Below are positions 11,121 through 24,784 of a stretch of 64,000 nucleotides of DNA, in pieces. The DNA is taken from NCBI GenBank assembly GCA_030390025.1, contig CM059433.1, forward strand, positions 26,104,001 through 26,168,000. The letters are read 5' to 3'. The notes under the pieces are model-generated. The model saw only the letters and a program-made list of their open reading frames with translations, did not search any database and was not told where the DNA came from. A program made the translations under genes and the position numbers. Origin of the DNA: Squalus acanthias. Lineage: Eukaryota. Numbering within the stretch: the first letter of the stretch is position 1; each line of letters starts with the position of its first letter.

Positions 11121-14043
11121 AGTGAAGTTTCACACACTACTTGTACTAGATAAGGCCATTGTCCGCACTCTGTTCCTTGTGTGCAGGTAAGATTTAACAC
11201 AGAGCTAACCAATACTTGTTAAACCATGCTGCTAGATCTCTTGTCCGTTCGTGTTGTAGTGAGGTTTACCAGCTTTTACCATGTCCACAGGGGACAGAAG
11301 ACAGATAAGGGCAGGGCAGGGGTGGGACTATGACTTTAATTCTGAGATTTCCTTTGCAAGTGATTTTAAAAAAAAGCTCAGTAACCAATGCTTTAACATC
11401 ATGAGATGGCAGAAGGAAATGAACCTCTATTTTAAAAACCAACTCGTTGGTACCAATTTACATTCTCAGATCTTGTTAAAAATAAATGCAGGGAACCATG
11501 ACTATAAAAGTTTTTATTCAGGTCTTTATATCATTTTAAAGTTGATATTTCCCCTCCACAACTAAAGGAGAAAAATTTTCAAATTTTGCTATCAACACAA
11601 ATCCTGAGCCTGTGCATCTGAGGCATATTTCTGCCCTTGCTCAGGGCAATAGGAAAATACAGCTTTTAGAATTTAACCAAGGTTGTTGCAAACATCATTT
11701 CTTTAATGAACTTTTGATTATTAACTGCATATGGAAATCTAATAAAAACCCGTGATGAAAAAGAAGGCCTATCAGAAGCCCTTGTATAGGGGTTAGAAAA
11801 AGTTAAACCAGGTGTTTGTTATTTTCGCACAAGTCTGTAAACTATGAAATAAACTGAGTCTATGGCAAGCTGCCCAACCTCTATCACTTAGGAGAAGGGA
11901 GTCTTTGTTAAAGACAGCAGTCTTAAATATAGCAAATTAAAACATGCCCAAGATAAATCACTGCGCTTTTTACTTTGAACCTAATATTGTTCCATCTTCC
12001 TTTCAGTTTTACTACCATTTAAATAATTATTTTCTGACAATTTATTATCTTTGTAAAGCATTCTTGCTTTAAGTGGACTGCGTTGCCTGAAGGTAACTGG
12101 AAAAGGTCAAAAGGTGACAGCATATGATACGTATTCGGTATGCCAAAGTAACAGACAGTTCCACTGTCATCATTATGGATAGACCAAGGGATTGAGAGGC
12201 CATTGAACTCGTGGAACTGGGTTTCACATTGCTGCTCGGTAATAGGTTTTCCTGCATTGGTGCTAATTTCATTATCTTTCCCTCACAATGAAAAAAGAAC
12301 ACTGCTGGGGTTAAGAAAACAGTTTCACAGCCTGCAGTCAATGGCATCCCACATGTGGAAACGAAAAAGATATTTCCAAAAGTCTTTGCTGAAATAGAAC
12401 ATCAAGCCATGAATGATACATCACTGATAAATTTCATCAGTGGCGTAAAGTGCCCCACTTATGATTCTCATTCAGATCCATGTAAGACCTTCAGTTAGCT
12501 TCAGAGAGGACAGTAAGAGCACTATTTCAAAAGGAAATGACAATCGACTAAACTAGTTTATAAATCTGACCGCTATAAAAATTTACCATATACCTTGTGT
12601 TTTAATACCAGATGAAATACAAAACTGATTCAGTATCTTTTTTCCCAGGTATAATGATATGTGCGATTACTTATGTCTGTGGAGTCACACTTGTCATTGG
12701 AATTGTCGTTATTGTCATCTTGTGCAAGACAAGGTGAGCAATCATTACCCTTCTATAGTCTGAAAGTAGTATTTCTGTATGAAATGAAAGCTGGTATGAG
12801 AACGCTGCATGAGTGAAACAGTATTTGGTGCACTGCGCTATTAGTTACCGCAACAACCTAGGTTTATTGGAATGTTGGTTTAAACTATTTTCACATCAGT
12901 TATGTGTACAACTCATCTAAATGTACAAAAAAAAACATGGAAATACAATTACTGTTAGATTTAGTCAAGCTGACCTCAGTTAAGAAGCCTTTTCTATCAA
13001 TCAGTGTCAAGTTAATCAATGTAGTGTGATAAAATCAACATGTTTATCCTTAAAATTGTTTATTTATGGGCTTCCCATCATTTCCATCATTGTCTCGAGA
13101 ATGATTTCAGGGAGGTGCTTCTTATGTCGAATATATTTAGATATAAATGTTTACAGACATTTTTGGAATAAAACGTCATTATGTTTTATTCTGCTTCAGT
13201 GAAAGAGTTACACGATTATCGCTGTGCTGTTGGTAGAACTTCTTAGATATGACTGAGCATAAGATTAATTGCTACACTCTGCAAGCCTCATACAATTGCT
13301 GTGTTTGCAGTACATTAACTAATTTACCCATGAACATGATTGCAATCATTTATTGCTTAGGCTAGAAAGAGCAGTGCTGAATTGCTAATGAAGAAATAGT
13401 TTTCACCATTTCTTACTAATGTCCATCTACAGACAATGCTCCATTAGTGACATAAACAGGAAATGGAATAGAGAGTACTATGAACCAACGTCAGTAATCA
13501 CAGACCACATCCTCTGTAAAATGTTTGAAAAGGTTTGAGGGTATTTCAGTACGGTGTGCTGTGTGCTGCCATGCTGTGAACATTAATAATCTCAGCTCTA
13601 GAGCACATCCCTGCCATTAGTTGCTGCGAGGATCTATAGGCCACGATATTAATATCCCCACGACCGGTGGGAGAGAGTCGGATGAAAATGTGAAATTTGC
13701 GGATATCGACCTGCGGAGAATATCGGAGCATCCGAGTGTCCCACCGTGGAGAGGCAGGGCACTTAATAACATATTTAAATCGGGCTCCTACAGTCTAATT
13801 GGGAGTCCGAATTGAAATTAAGTACTCCAGCATGGGTTTTCTGGGGGGCGGCGAAGTGGCTAGTGACATGGAGGCAAGATTGCACGGCATTTTATCAGGG
13901 CGGTTAAAGGTCAGGAGGCCCGATGTGAATAAAGGCTCAGTGCTCACAGCTGCTTCTCAGTTCCTCTGGGACACGGTTTGGTGAGAGTACCTGGTGTGAG
14001 AGAGTGATTTGGAGAGATTGGAGTTGTTCACACAGAGAAGATC

Positions 14044-14700
14044 ATGGTGAGTGGCGCCATGGCTGCTCTCGAATGGACTGAGGAAGAGGAAGAGAATGAG
14101 GATCAACAGCAGCAAGGGCGTGCTGCGGAGGGAGCTGCAGGTGGCCAGCAGAGAAGGGAGCCACAGAGGGGATGAGGCCGCAGGAGGCCCTACCCACCTA
14201 ATAGGGTCTCCAGACAGAGACTCGGCTTCCTAAACCTGTCGGAGGAGCAGTGCATCCGAAGGTTGAGATTGTCACGTCAGGTGGTGGCAGACAGCTGCAG
14301 CCTCCTAGAAGAAGACTTGCTTCCTGCTGGACCTGGTGGCCGCACATTACCAGTGACTGTGAAAGTCACCACCACCCTCTTTGTGTTCGGCTCCTTCCAG
14401 GCCACCACCAGAAACATATCAAGCGTCTGCACATAAATGCATAAGGCAGGTGATGGATGGATTGTTTGCCAGGGCTGGGAGGTATATAAACTTCCCCTGT
14501 GATGACAAAAGTCAGTAGGTGCAGGGTGCCATCGACTGCACACACGTGGCAATCCGAGCACCCCCTGACTAACCACCAGCATTCGTCAACCGCAAGAGAT
14601 TTCATTCCATCAATGTGCAGCCGGTGTGCAACCACAAAAAAATTCACTGTTTCCACATCCACCAATTTGTCTCAGTCAATTCATCTCTCCACCTTCAGTA
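14044..14700 (+). pseudogene. Harbinger transposase remnant (N-terminal half, with deletions)
   Basis: RQRLGFLNLSEEQCIRRLRLSRQVVAD...LPVTVKVTT; gccatcgactgcacacacgtg = AIDCTHV; NRKRFHSINVQ. Confidence 0.8.
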
Positions 14701-14849
14701 CCAGACAAATGAGAAGCAGAATGGGCATTCGTCATTTAGTAATGGGACTCACAGGAAAGTGGTCCGAATTTATAAATTTAATGTGATACAACAAAAGAAT
14801 TTCAATAACAAATATCAATAAAAACACCCATGTTTAGACCCTCGGTGAA

Positions 14850-16740
14850 ATATAAAGCTTTTATTTTCCTGCCTCTGGAACTTCTACATGGTGCAATCCC
14901 TGTGGCTTCAGCGGGGGTAGTGATAGGCTGCTCTGATCCCGGCTCTGACTTTTGAGGTGCTCGCGGCCAATGACCTCTGGGTGTTGGAACCCGTGAGGGC
15001 CCTGCCAAAGACTGCTCCACCTGTGCAGGGGCAGACTGGGGCAGTGGGAGAGGAGACAACATGTTGGGTACTGGTTGTGGGGGGTGGGGTGGCAATGGGT
15101 GAGACGTGCAAACACTTTGAGAGGAGTTCACACTTTCATCTCCCTTATCCCAATCCTCCCTCTCCTGGGCCATTGGCACATCACTCCTGCCTCTCTGCGG
15201 GAGAGCAGCTTGGAGTAGATCAGTGATGCCTTGGAATCCCATGTCTAGTTTATCTCAGCCTGTGTAATCCGTAGACATGTTGGTGTTCAGAGTTTGCAAG
15301 GCCCCCGTCTGTGCCTGCAGGGACTCATTAGTGCACCATGATTCAAGTTCCATAGAGGAGGCCAGACTCTCAATGGAACATTGTATCTTTGCAAGGGCCT
15401 GCGACATCACTCCACAAAGGTTTGAGCTGGACTCCTCCATCCTCTGGGACATAGTGGAGTGTGTGCCCACAGGACTGCCAGTACCTCGCACAGTTGTTGC
15501 TGACACCCTGTCATTCTCCTTTTCATTGATGGTCCCCCTCGGGTTCAGCATCTCTGTCCAGCTGAGCAGAGCTTGGAGAGGACGGCGCCCTCCGACATGA
15601 ACTCTCCAGAGCTGTCCCTGTCACCACTCTCTGCTCGTGCTCACTTGTGAACTGCGATTCATCAGGTGACATCCCACCTAACTTTCTAAGAGGACCCACC
15701 GAAGCGCTAGTATCTGCGCTGGTGCCTGGTATACATGTGTCCTGTGACAGTGCAACCTCAGCAGGAATAAGCTCCTCTGAGGAATCCTAGTCATCTCCGG
15801 GCAGGGCTCCTGTTCTTCGCGTGATGGCCCTGGAGGAGAGAAGAGACGGATATGCTTTAGACATGAAATTCTAAAAATGATGAAATACACATGACCCAAG
15901 TGATCATATTTACTAGAGTGCTGAAGTCAACTGACGATGACTTTTTCTTGTAGGAGATGTGGGTCTGAGAGATTAATGCTGTCACTCTGCAGCAACGCAC
16001 TACCAGTCTCCAATTCTGAGGAAAGCTGTTATGCTGCTAATCTCCAAAGCCTCCTCCTTTGCCGGGTAAAGCTCCACGATCTGTGGGGGGTCTGCCTCCG
16101 GTCCTCGTCCTCTCCCTGGTATTCTGCACTCTCTTATCCTGCAAGGGTGGCACGACAGACCTATGAGTGGTTCTGAGGCATGTGCGCATCCAATGGCTGC
16201 AGTGCATTCGGTGAGGGTGACAATCAGGCAGCTGCATCACGAGTGGCAGACGCATTTGAGGACATGTTGTCAGTGCCATTTTAGGATGGATACTGAGAAT
16301 CGGGGAGATCACTGAGGTGCTATCAGATTACATGAAGATCGGGGTGACTGGCAGTGGTGGATGGAGGAAGGGGAGGTGAGGATGTGCATTGAAATGGAAC
16401 GGTGGGTGCTACTGAAAGTGAAGTGATGTGAATGAAGTACGCTTGAAAAGACAGAGCGGAAAGGGGTGCACTAGAGGATGTAGGTGAATCTGCAACTTTG
16501 CTTACCTTTCCTGACCTGGTTAGGTCATTGAAACATTTTCTGTACTGAATCCAAGTCTTCATGGTGAAATCCTGCTGCTCACCTCCTGGGCCACCTCCAG
16601 CCACACCTTAGTGTGGCAGCAGGTTTCTTTTTCCCATTGCTGGGAAATGGGACCGCCCTCTCAGCCCTTACTTCACCCAGCAGAACATCCAGTGACGACT
16701 CGCTGAACATGGGCACAGCCTTTGCTCTTTTTATGGACAT
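14850..16740 (-). pseudogene. Harbinger Myb/SANT gene remnant, 3 exons (16740-16506, 16138-~15980, ~15829-14850)
   Basis: MSIKRAKAVPMFSESSLDVLL...KTWIQYRKCFNDLTRSGK|gtaag; exon 2 DKRVQNTRERTRTGG; intron 1 at the same position as in element 1. Confidence 0.8.
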
Positions 16741-18061
16741 ATCCCTCACTTTTCTCCTTCAAACTCTAATCTTTCAATCTCCAAATGTCCTCCACCATTG
16801 CATCTGTGAACTGGGTCTTTAAATAGTCGAGGTGAAATCACATCATGCGGGTCCAGGTCACGCGCAGTGGAGACACGAAACCCAGAAGTAAAATGTTAAT
16901 GAGGCATCCCCGTTGAAATGAAACATTCCCATCCAGCGATGTTGTGCGTTTGTCACCTGCTATCGGCTCCGTTCCCCCCTCTCCATGTTAATATCGAGGC
17001 TATGGAATCTGTGTTCTTTTGTGTCTGCTCCCCTCTTATTGCTTTTCCTTTCCTTAAAATAAACTTCAGTCCAAGTGTGTAAAAAAACACACAAATATTG
17101 ACTGTAGTTTACAAGCTAAAGTCCACAGCATTGCCCCACAAGTTCTAGAAAACATTAGATAGAGTGTAATTTATCCAGCTTTTGGTTTAGACCATTGTAA
17201 TACACTCTTACCCACCTTTGCCATTCTCAGGTCTACTGTGTCTTATCTGCAGTCAATATTTATATTACACAATTTCTCTTCAGTACAGGCTGAGGAGCTG
17301 GGAGAGGCAAAGCTGAAGCGTTAGATCACCACCACTGGTGGCAGAGTGTAATTGCAGCGTGACAAATTTACATGGACAGTTTCTATTATAAATGTGAACA
17401 TAGGATTTTACAATGAAAGTGCATGCAGATGTAAGATTTTTAATCCACTGTATAGATTTCATTTTCAGTGCCTTAGCTGCATAGGGTTAACATTATAGTA
17501 ATAAACCTATTCCTAACGTTTGAGTACTGTAATATTAGTGGGATTTGTTTCATTTTCATCATAGCTGAGCTGAAAACTTACAAAACCAACTAGCCTAAGC
17601 AGACAGGAATTTCCCTCCATTTGCCAGCAGTTTTAAAGGTTAATAATAAGACTATAGGGTATATATTAATGACCAATGTTCATAATGAGACTATTGGATA
17701 TATGTTAATGATCAGTGTAAATAATAAGCAGGCCAATCACTGGCTTTTCAATGGGACATTTCGCACATGTGTGAAATTTTGAAAGGGCCACGCAGTCCGT
17801 TAAAGGGACTGCACACCCCAAAAAAATAATAGGGGGAACATTTCTATGAGGTATATGTTAATAACCAATGTTACCAAGCAAAGCTTCAGCAGTGGGATTC
17901 ATTAGACATTTGGGTATGTGTTCACCCTATGAGTTTCCACCTATTCATTTTAATGGATGAGAAATCAGGGGGAGGGGCACCTTTCAAAATGCAATCCTGC
18001 CACTTAGCTCTTTCCTGGGAGCACTGACAATAAAACATCTATTGCAATGTGTAATTCATTA

Positions 18062-18670
18062 TTACATAGGATTACATAGGTTATACGGCACAGAAACAGG
18101 CCATTCGGCCCAACCAGTCCATGCCGGCGTTTATGTTCCACTCGAGCCTCCTCCCGTCTTTCCTCATCTAACTTTGTCAGCATATCCCTCTATTCCCTTT
18201 TCCCTCATATGCTTGTCTAGCATCCCCTTAAATGTATCTATACTATTCGCTTCAACCACTCCCTGTGGTACCGAGTTCCACATTCTCACCACTCTCTGGG
18301 TAAAGAAGTTTCTTCTGAATTCCCTATTGGATTTCTTGGTGACTATCTTATATTGATGGCCTCTAAATATGCTCTTCCCCACAAGTGGAAACACTCTCTC
18401 TGTATCTACTCTTCATAATTTTAAAGACCTCAATTAGGTCGCCCCCTCAGCCTTCTTTTTTCAAGCGAAAAGAGACCCAACCTGATCATCCTTTCCTGAT
18501 AGGTATAACCTCGCATTTCTGGTATCATCCTTGTAAATCTTCTCTGCACTCACTCCAGTGCTTCTATATCCTTTTTATAATATGACAACCAGAATTGTAC
18601 GCAGTACTCCAAGTGTGGTCTAACCAAGGTTCGATACAAGTTTAGCATAACTTCCCTACTTTTTGATTCT
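18062..18670 (-). mobile_element. CR1 LINE 3' end
   Basis: FRGHQYKI...FFTQRVVRMWNSVP; RPHLEYCVQFW region. Confidence 0.9.
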
Positions 18671-18869
18671 ATGATATCCTTCAGAAGATTGACTCAATCT
18701 GCTTAATCATTGACACATCTATTTATGAAAAAAAAACACCTGAATTACAACCTCATGTCTGTCTGGGTTTCTGCAGGTCTCAGCAGAGGCCCAAAGAGCA
18801 AAGGGAAGGCTTTCATCCTTGCCCCAGTCAGAATGGCTGAAAAATGCCATCACAACTTTGCAAAGTGAC

Positions 18870-19090
18870 CGTAGAATGATGCAGCATAGAGGAGGCCATT
18901 CAGCCCATCGTGTCTGTGCTGTCTCTTTGAAAGAGCTATCAAATTAATTCCTCTCCCCTGCCCTTTCCTCATAGCCCTGCAAATTTTTCCCCTTCAAGTA
19001 TATATCCAATTCCCTTTTGAAAGTTACTATTGAATCTTCTTCCACCACCATTTCAGGCAGTGCATTCCAGATCATAACAACACTCTGCGA
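18870..19090 (-). mobile_element. CR1 LINE 3' tail
   Basis: gaggccattcagcccatcg tail; similar copy at ~38595-38860. Confidence 0.75.
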
Positions 19091-20689
19091 CCACATTCGA
19101 TTTCAACATTATATCAGGCTCTTTTGATAATTTTCTGATTGAATTACAAGAGACTGATATTTACACTTTGTAAAGTGCTGTTGAACGATTACTCATGATA
19201 ATTATGCTTACTGAGAATAAATTGGAGTAATTTGAAACAAATTACAAGTGTAATCCTGGTATCCATTGCAGCCAATAGGTTTTTCACACTCCAGCTTTCA
19301 CCCTGAATACAATAGGATAGGTTTGCATTCTATCGGATGTTTTACCCTTTTCATATTGGGCATGTGATTTTCCACCCATTAAATTTAAGCAGAAGTGGAA
19401 AATCTTCCGTGCAGTCATCAGACTTGCAGAATTACTTGTTCTTCAACCTCTGCTTAACACCAGGTTAAATAGGAAATGATAAATAATTTTTTTAAAGAAA
19501 ACTGATTTAGAAACTTATTATTCATTAAACTTAAAACTGTTTATTATATTTTATTATAAAGATCACTGTCACAGTTGCCACTGAAGAACAAGTAGAAATC
19601 ATTTTCATTGTTATGGTATAATGTGCGAGGGATGCAATGCTGCTGCAATCCAGTGATACTTCTGGATCTGAATTACAGCGTTGTATCATATGTTGGACAA
19701 ACAAGTGAAACATGTTTGACAAACACTCGCATGTATCAGTGGTGCTGCTCATTCAAAGCTTTTCATAGAGCCCTGGTTAAAAAGAAATATCATGCTTTGT
19801 TTATTTGTTGCTTGCACACTTTTAACAGAGTCAAGGAGACTCTGTAAAAATAGCAATTGTATGAGAATACCTCTCAGAAAACCAAATGAGTTGGTGAGCC
19901 CTCTCTTAATATCTAGTGGTATCTACCATCAAAACACAAAATGTATCCCCTTAATAGGTTATTCCATTTTCAGCAGCTGGTCAATGTATCTGATTGGTTG
20001 CAGTCATTTCCCATTTACTGCACTCACTGACAAAATGCCATTGGATTGCTGGGTATCCAACCCAATGCTTGCTAACTTCAGCACTGAACTGGGTGCTGAG
20101 TGACCATCACATTATGTCACAGCAAGCAATAAGTGAGGTAGGCAATAGAGTACTACTGCAGATAACAAAGGCATGCTGCTGTTATTTGTTCTTTGCTGGA
20201 TTTCTACTTCGACATTTCCAGCTGAAATGATAAGTGATGCCATGAGGATTCAGGGTGCTAAGTCCAGGAATTCTGACCTCAGTGCTGAGCCAAGCACTCA
20301 GTAACATTGGTGCTTTATTAGAGTGCTATACTTTTCTCCCAACAGCTATCACTTTATACATGTCATGAGATGAAGAGTGTAAGAGGGCTGCTCACTGGGA
20401 GGACAGCTTGGGGGAGCTTCTGTGGTTGACTGGCCACTACAAGGCTATCTCCCTCCACTAGGGGATGTCTGAGCCTTTCCCGCCACTTCCCAGGATCCTT
20501 GGCCACATTTCAAACAGTGACCTCAGGAAGCAACGGTAAGAGCAGAGGAAAGAAAGTAAATAGGCCAGGAATCCAGGCCTTATCCCTGTTGCCATTTGTG
20601 TGGAGCCGGGGTGGGGGGGGGGGGGGGTGGGGGGGGGGGGGTGGGGGAGGAGCAGCCAGCAGTGATCCAGCATTGCTAGGGCACAAATA

Positions 20690-21070
20690 ATGGAAAATGT
20701 GGCATTTAGTAAATCAGACAAAATGTTGGGATGTGTTAAAAGGTCAATACTGAGCCAAAATAGTGAGGCAATTCTGCCACTTGATAAAATCATTGGTGCA
20801 ACCGCACTTAGAACACTGTGTACAGTTCTGGTCGCCCCAGTACGAAAAGGATATTGCACCTATTGAAAGGATACAGAAGAGGGGAACCAGAATGATTGAG
20901 GGGATAGAGGGACCGGATTATGAGGAGTGATTATGTAAACTGGGCATGTTCTTACTGGAAAACAGAAGGTTGAGAGATGATATGATTCTAAAGGAACTAG
21001 ATAATGTAGACCATGACAAGCTGTTTCACCTGAACAGTAGACCCAGAAAATATGACATGCACTTTGGTGT
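20690..21070 (+). mobile_element. Old CR1 fragment
   Basis: ccgcacttagaacactgtgtacagttctggtcgccc (PHLEHCVQFWSP). Confidence 0.7.
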
Positions 21071-21098
21071 AAATTGAAAATTTATCGACAGACACATT

Positions 21099-22050
21099 GG
21101 GCTGGATTTTGCCACTGGGGGCAGGCTGGGGCGTGTCAGTTGGTTTTCATGTCAGGAACCCGACTCCGATGTGAAGTGGGAAAAAAGTGCGATTTTCCCC
21201 TAATTGGGCACTTGATTTCCAGCGTGTGGGAACCCCTGGCCCAATGAGTCTTTCCATCCTGAAAGTCGCCTCCGATGACGTCATCAGTGCTGCTGGATTT
21301 AAGGCCTGCAAGCAGCCTTGCTTCTTCTGGAGACTGCAAACTTTATGGCCATTGTTGTGATCGCTTCATTCAGCAAATATGTCCAGCAGTAGGCCAAAGT
21401 GTGCTCCATGGTTCGATGACGCCACCCTGCAAGCTCTGGTGGAGGGAGCAAGATCAAATAAGGAGGTGCTCTTCCCTTCCTCAGGGAGGAAAAAGCCTCC
21501 CCAGCAGACTAAAGCTGTGTGGATGCAAGTGGCCCAGGAGGTCAACTCAATCTCTATGTGCCGCAGAACTTGGCTGCAGTGCAGGAAGAGGTTTCATGAC
21601 CTTCTCCGCACAGGAAAAGTGAGTATGACTTTCCCATCACCCTCAATCTGATCCCCATCGCCTCTCCTCACCAGCACTCAGCTTTGCCAACCTCTTCCTC
21701 CACATCCCACTTGACACTGACATCCCTGCACCCTTACCCATTCCCCTCTCTGTATGTTCATATTCACTTAACTATTCGACTATGCAGCCCTCACACTCCC
21801 TATCGCTGTGATGCTATGACAACAACTTACAACACACAGGGAGGGCCCTTGGTCTTGGCACCTCACTCCATCTTTGTCTCCTTCTAAGCATCTATGCTAT
21901 GGAATCTCTACACTCACTCCTTCATTTTCACTCAAACTCCACTTGTGTCCCTCATTGCAGGAAAAGAGAGCCCACAATAAGAGGGAGAGGGCGAGGACAG
22001 GAGGAGGGCCACCCTCAGTAGCCCAGCTCACCACTGCGGAGGAGTCTGGG
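21099..22050 (+). mobile_element. Truncated Harbinger: left TIR plus Myb exon 1 (21379-21618) and start of exon 2 (from 21961)
   Basis: gggctggattttg TIR; intact 240-bp exon MSSSRPKCAPWFDDATLQALVEG...RTWLQCRKRFHDLLRTGK|gtgagt; ttgcag|EKRAHNKRERARTGGGPP. Confidence 0.85.
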
Positions 22051-23134
22051 TCATCAGACAGCCACATGTAGACCTGTGTCATCTGCTGTCAGGACAACTG
22101 CATAGAAATGCAAAGAAATACATGGAAGTTACAACACGGAAACAAGCCATTCGGCCCAATCAGTCTGTGTCGGTATTTACCCTCCAGCTACCATGCAGTA
22201 TACGATTGGCACAGCCAGTGATAGTACTGGTCAGTTGTGGCCTGAAACCTGTTGTCAGGCATGCTGCAGTGATGCCCTATGGGAATGGTGCCTTTGAGTG
22301 ACACAGAGGGCCATCCTCATTGAAGCCACCTTGTGACCCACCACCTGCACTTCAGCAGCCAGTAAGCTGAGCATCAAGTGTTGGGCTGCACCAGCACCTG
22401 TGCCTTGGGTTTCCCTTCCCTTCACTTTTTTCCTGTTATATCTTCATCTGCTCTCCCTTTGGTCTTAGGTCGAAATTCTTTATAGCCTTTTGCTAAAGCT
22501 TAAGAATTGTCCCCTCTACCCTGACATTTCCCCTTGTCTGTATCCCTTGAAATGAACCCAAATGCAATTTTCCGCATGAACCGTTAGTGTGCTCCCTGCA
22601 TACATCCAAAGCTGCGCTTGAGGCTACGTCTAATTATGATAATGAGCTGACCATGGAAAGCTGTACTCTTCACTGTGGGTCAGCCGCTTCCAAGCATTCA
22701 GGTGAAAACTGCACTCGTAAAGGGTTTTGAAGAAAGCATGAATGTTCTTCCAGGAGTTGTTCCACAGCACTTTGGTCTCTGTGTCTTTTCTCAGTTTAAT
22801 TAGCTGCCCTGTTCCCATCCCCATGAATCTCTGTATCACTTAGTGGCACCACTTTTTTGTGAACAGGAACTGTTACTTCCTTTTTCTATGTTTAATCCAT
22901 TTTACATACATAATCCTTTTACAGGAGCTTATAGTCTTATTATCCTTTGGAAGCTGCCACAGTCTCAAATGCAAGTGCTTCAAAGCCTGTGGCTTACAAG
23001 CATTTTTTGATTCAAGGTACATTGTTACTTTGGGCTTTTGAGTGCTATCTGGTTAATGCTTTCATCAAAGTGATGAATTATGTGCCTGTTCCATTGCTGC
23101 ATCTTCAGTCTTGGTAGAAGGAGCTGTGGCGGGG

Positions 23135-23742
23135 GGGGGTATTTTAGCCCACCTGCCCTGCAGGGGTGCAGTTAAAATAGAGTAGGACACTTACCCATTG
23201 GCCACCCACTCTGATCCTGCCAACAGCAATTTTAAATTGCCGGCGCCAAGGACACCAGCCAAAGCCTTGTTTAACTATACAGATCGGGTCCTAATGCTGC
23301 CATCAGGACCCGAGTGCAATATTAACCCTAGGCCTGCGTGGAGAAGCCACCGTGGTTTCCCCACTAGGCCAAACCTGTCGGGAACCAGCAAGGTAGGTTT
23401 AAAAAAAAGTTTTTAGCTTCCTTGTGGACCAGGAGGAGCAGGAATGCTTCTCCGGGCCCCACAAGGTGATCCGAGGACTCCCCTACCCAGAGCTTCCCTC
23501 ACCCTCTCCCGATTGCCTACGGACCCCTCCCCCTCCGACCACTTATCTTATGCTGGGCTCCATTCTTTGGGTCATCCTGCCCGCCACTCACCTAATCATT
23601 TCCCCAGGTTCAGGCAGCAGTCCATTCTGGAGAATGTAAATGAGGCCTGGCCATTAAAATGGGCAGGGCCTCCCCTCTGCCGCTCCCAGATGGGCCATCC
23701 GCTCACTAGGCCATGTTACTGCCCGAGAGTGGTTTAAATCCT
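23135..23742. mobile_element. Degraded Harbinger-type MITE
   Basis: gggggtattttagc start; aggaggagcaggaatgctt core shared with 46559-47200. Confidence 0.55.
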
Positions 23743-24784
23743 GATTAGCAATGTTATAAATACATAAATATTACTACCAACAACATGTTGTTAGTGAGAT
23801 ATTATACCAGTTTTCTTGCTTTACTCCTGCTCTGCCTCAACTCTTGACACTGCAATTCTGCCATGCACAGAAGGGCAAATTAGGTCAGGTTGGAGCAGGT
23901 ATTCACGTAGCATTTGCAATGGACTCATTAAAAGCAAAACAACCCCACTAAAAATACCTGCTGCATGTCATTTTATTTTAGCACCTGTGCAAATATCTGA
24001 TTCAGGCTCTCGTGAATAATGCACCAATACAATTGTGTTTCTTTTCAGAATGTGCCAGATAGCTAAACAGACTGTGTAAAACTCTGCTTGTTAAATGAAC
24101 TCGAATATCCTGAAGTTTTGGCAATGTTGGAGGAAACATTTTGGTAGAAAACATCTCATCTCATGGTATTGTGTATATCCCAAATCTGTATGGTATGCAT
24201 GTGTGAAACTGTACTTGGCTGTCAAGATTTCCAAGTACACTGACAATGCTTGTTTGATAAACTGAATTTGCATTTGATGTAAGGGATGGCTTAATGGGTT
24301 AAATTGAGCGATCCAGAGCTCCCAGCAGAGAGCCTTGCTTGACAGGACAGGAGTTGGAGAATCGGTGCTACATGCTACCTATCTCCCACCCACACTCCCA
24401 TTGAGAAGACTCCTCACTGTGAGCTTGGGATCACTGAATTGACTCCGATGTGTACAAAAAAGTTCAGTAGATGTACTGTTTCTCTATTGTTTTTGTAAAA
24501 TACAGCATTAGTACTGAGAAGTAAGTAATTTATTGATAACTGCAAAATAATTCGAATAAATATACTTTAAAACAAATGGCAATATGTTCTTGTGATGTTG
24601 CAGAAGCATTTCTGAGTCACATTTTGGTCACATTAATTTTGACTTCGCCAGCTAAAGACATCGGCCGTGCAGCGCCCAGTTTTCAGGCGCTAACTGGCCT
24701 ACTAAGTCCCCAATATGGCTGGCAGGAAGTGCAGGCAATCTTCCAGCTGAAAGTGTGCTTCCCGCCATATTGGTAGAGGAGGTC

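Larger units (their letters stand above)
13639..17001. mobile_element. Second Harbinger transposon (divergent subfamily, internally deleted)
   Basis: TIRs ggccacgatattaatat / rc agcctcgatattaacat; imperfect TSD ata/atg; transposase on +, Myb gene on -. Confidence 0.85.

Noticed and set aside
12069..12520. Possible host exon or ancient coding remnant
   Set aside because: Short ORFs with no recognisable domain, stops in all frames and no convincing splice pair
17730..17842. hAT-like MITE end (agggggaaca)
   Set aside because: Only one putative end is visible, with no TSD
20610..20650. Poly-G tract as a functional G-quadruplex
   Set aside because: Simple low-complexity run with no supporting context; homopolymer length may be unreliable
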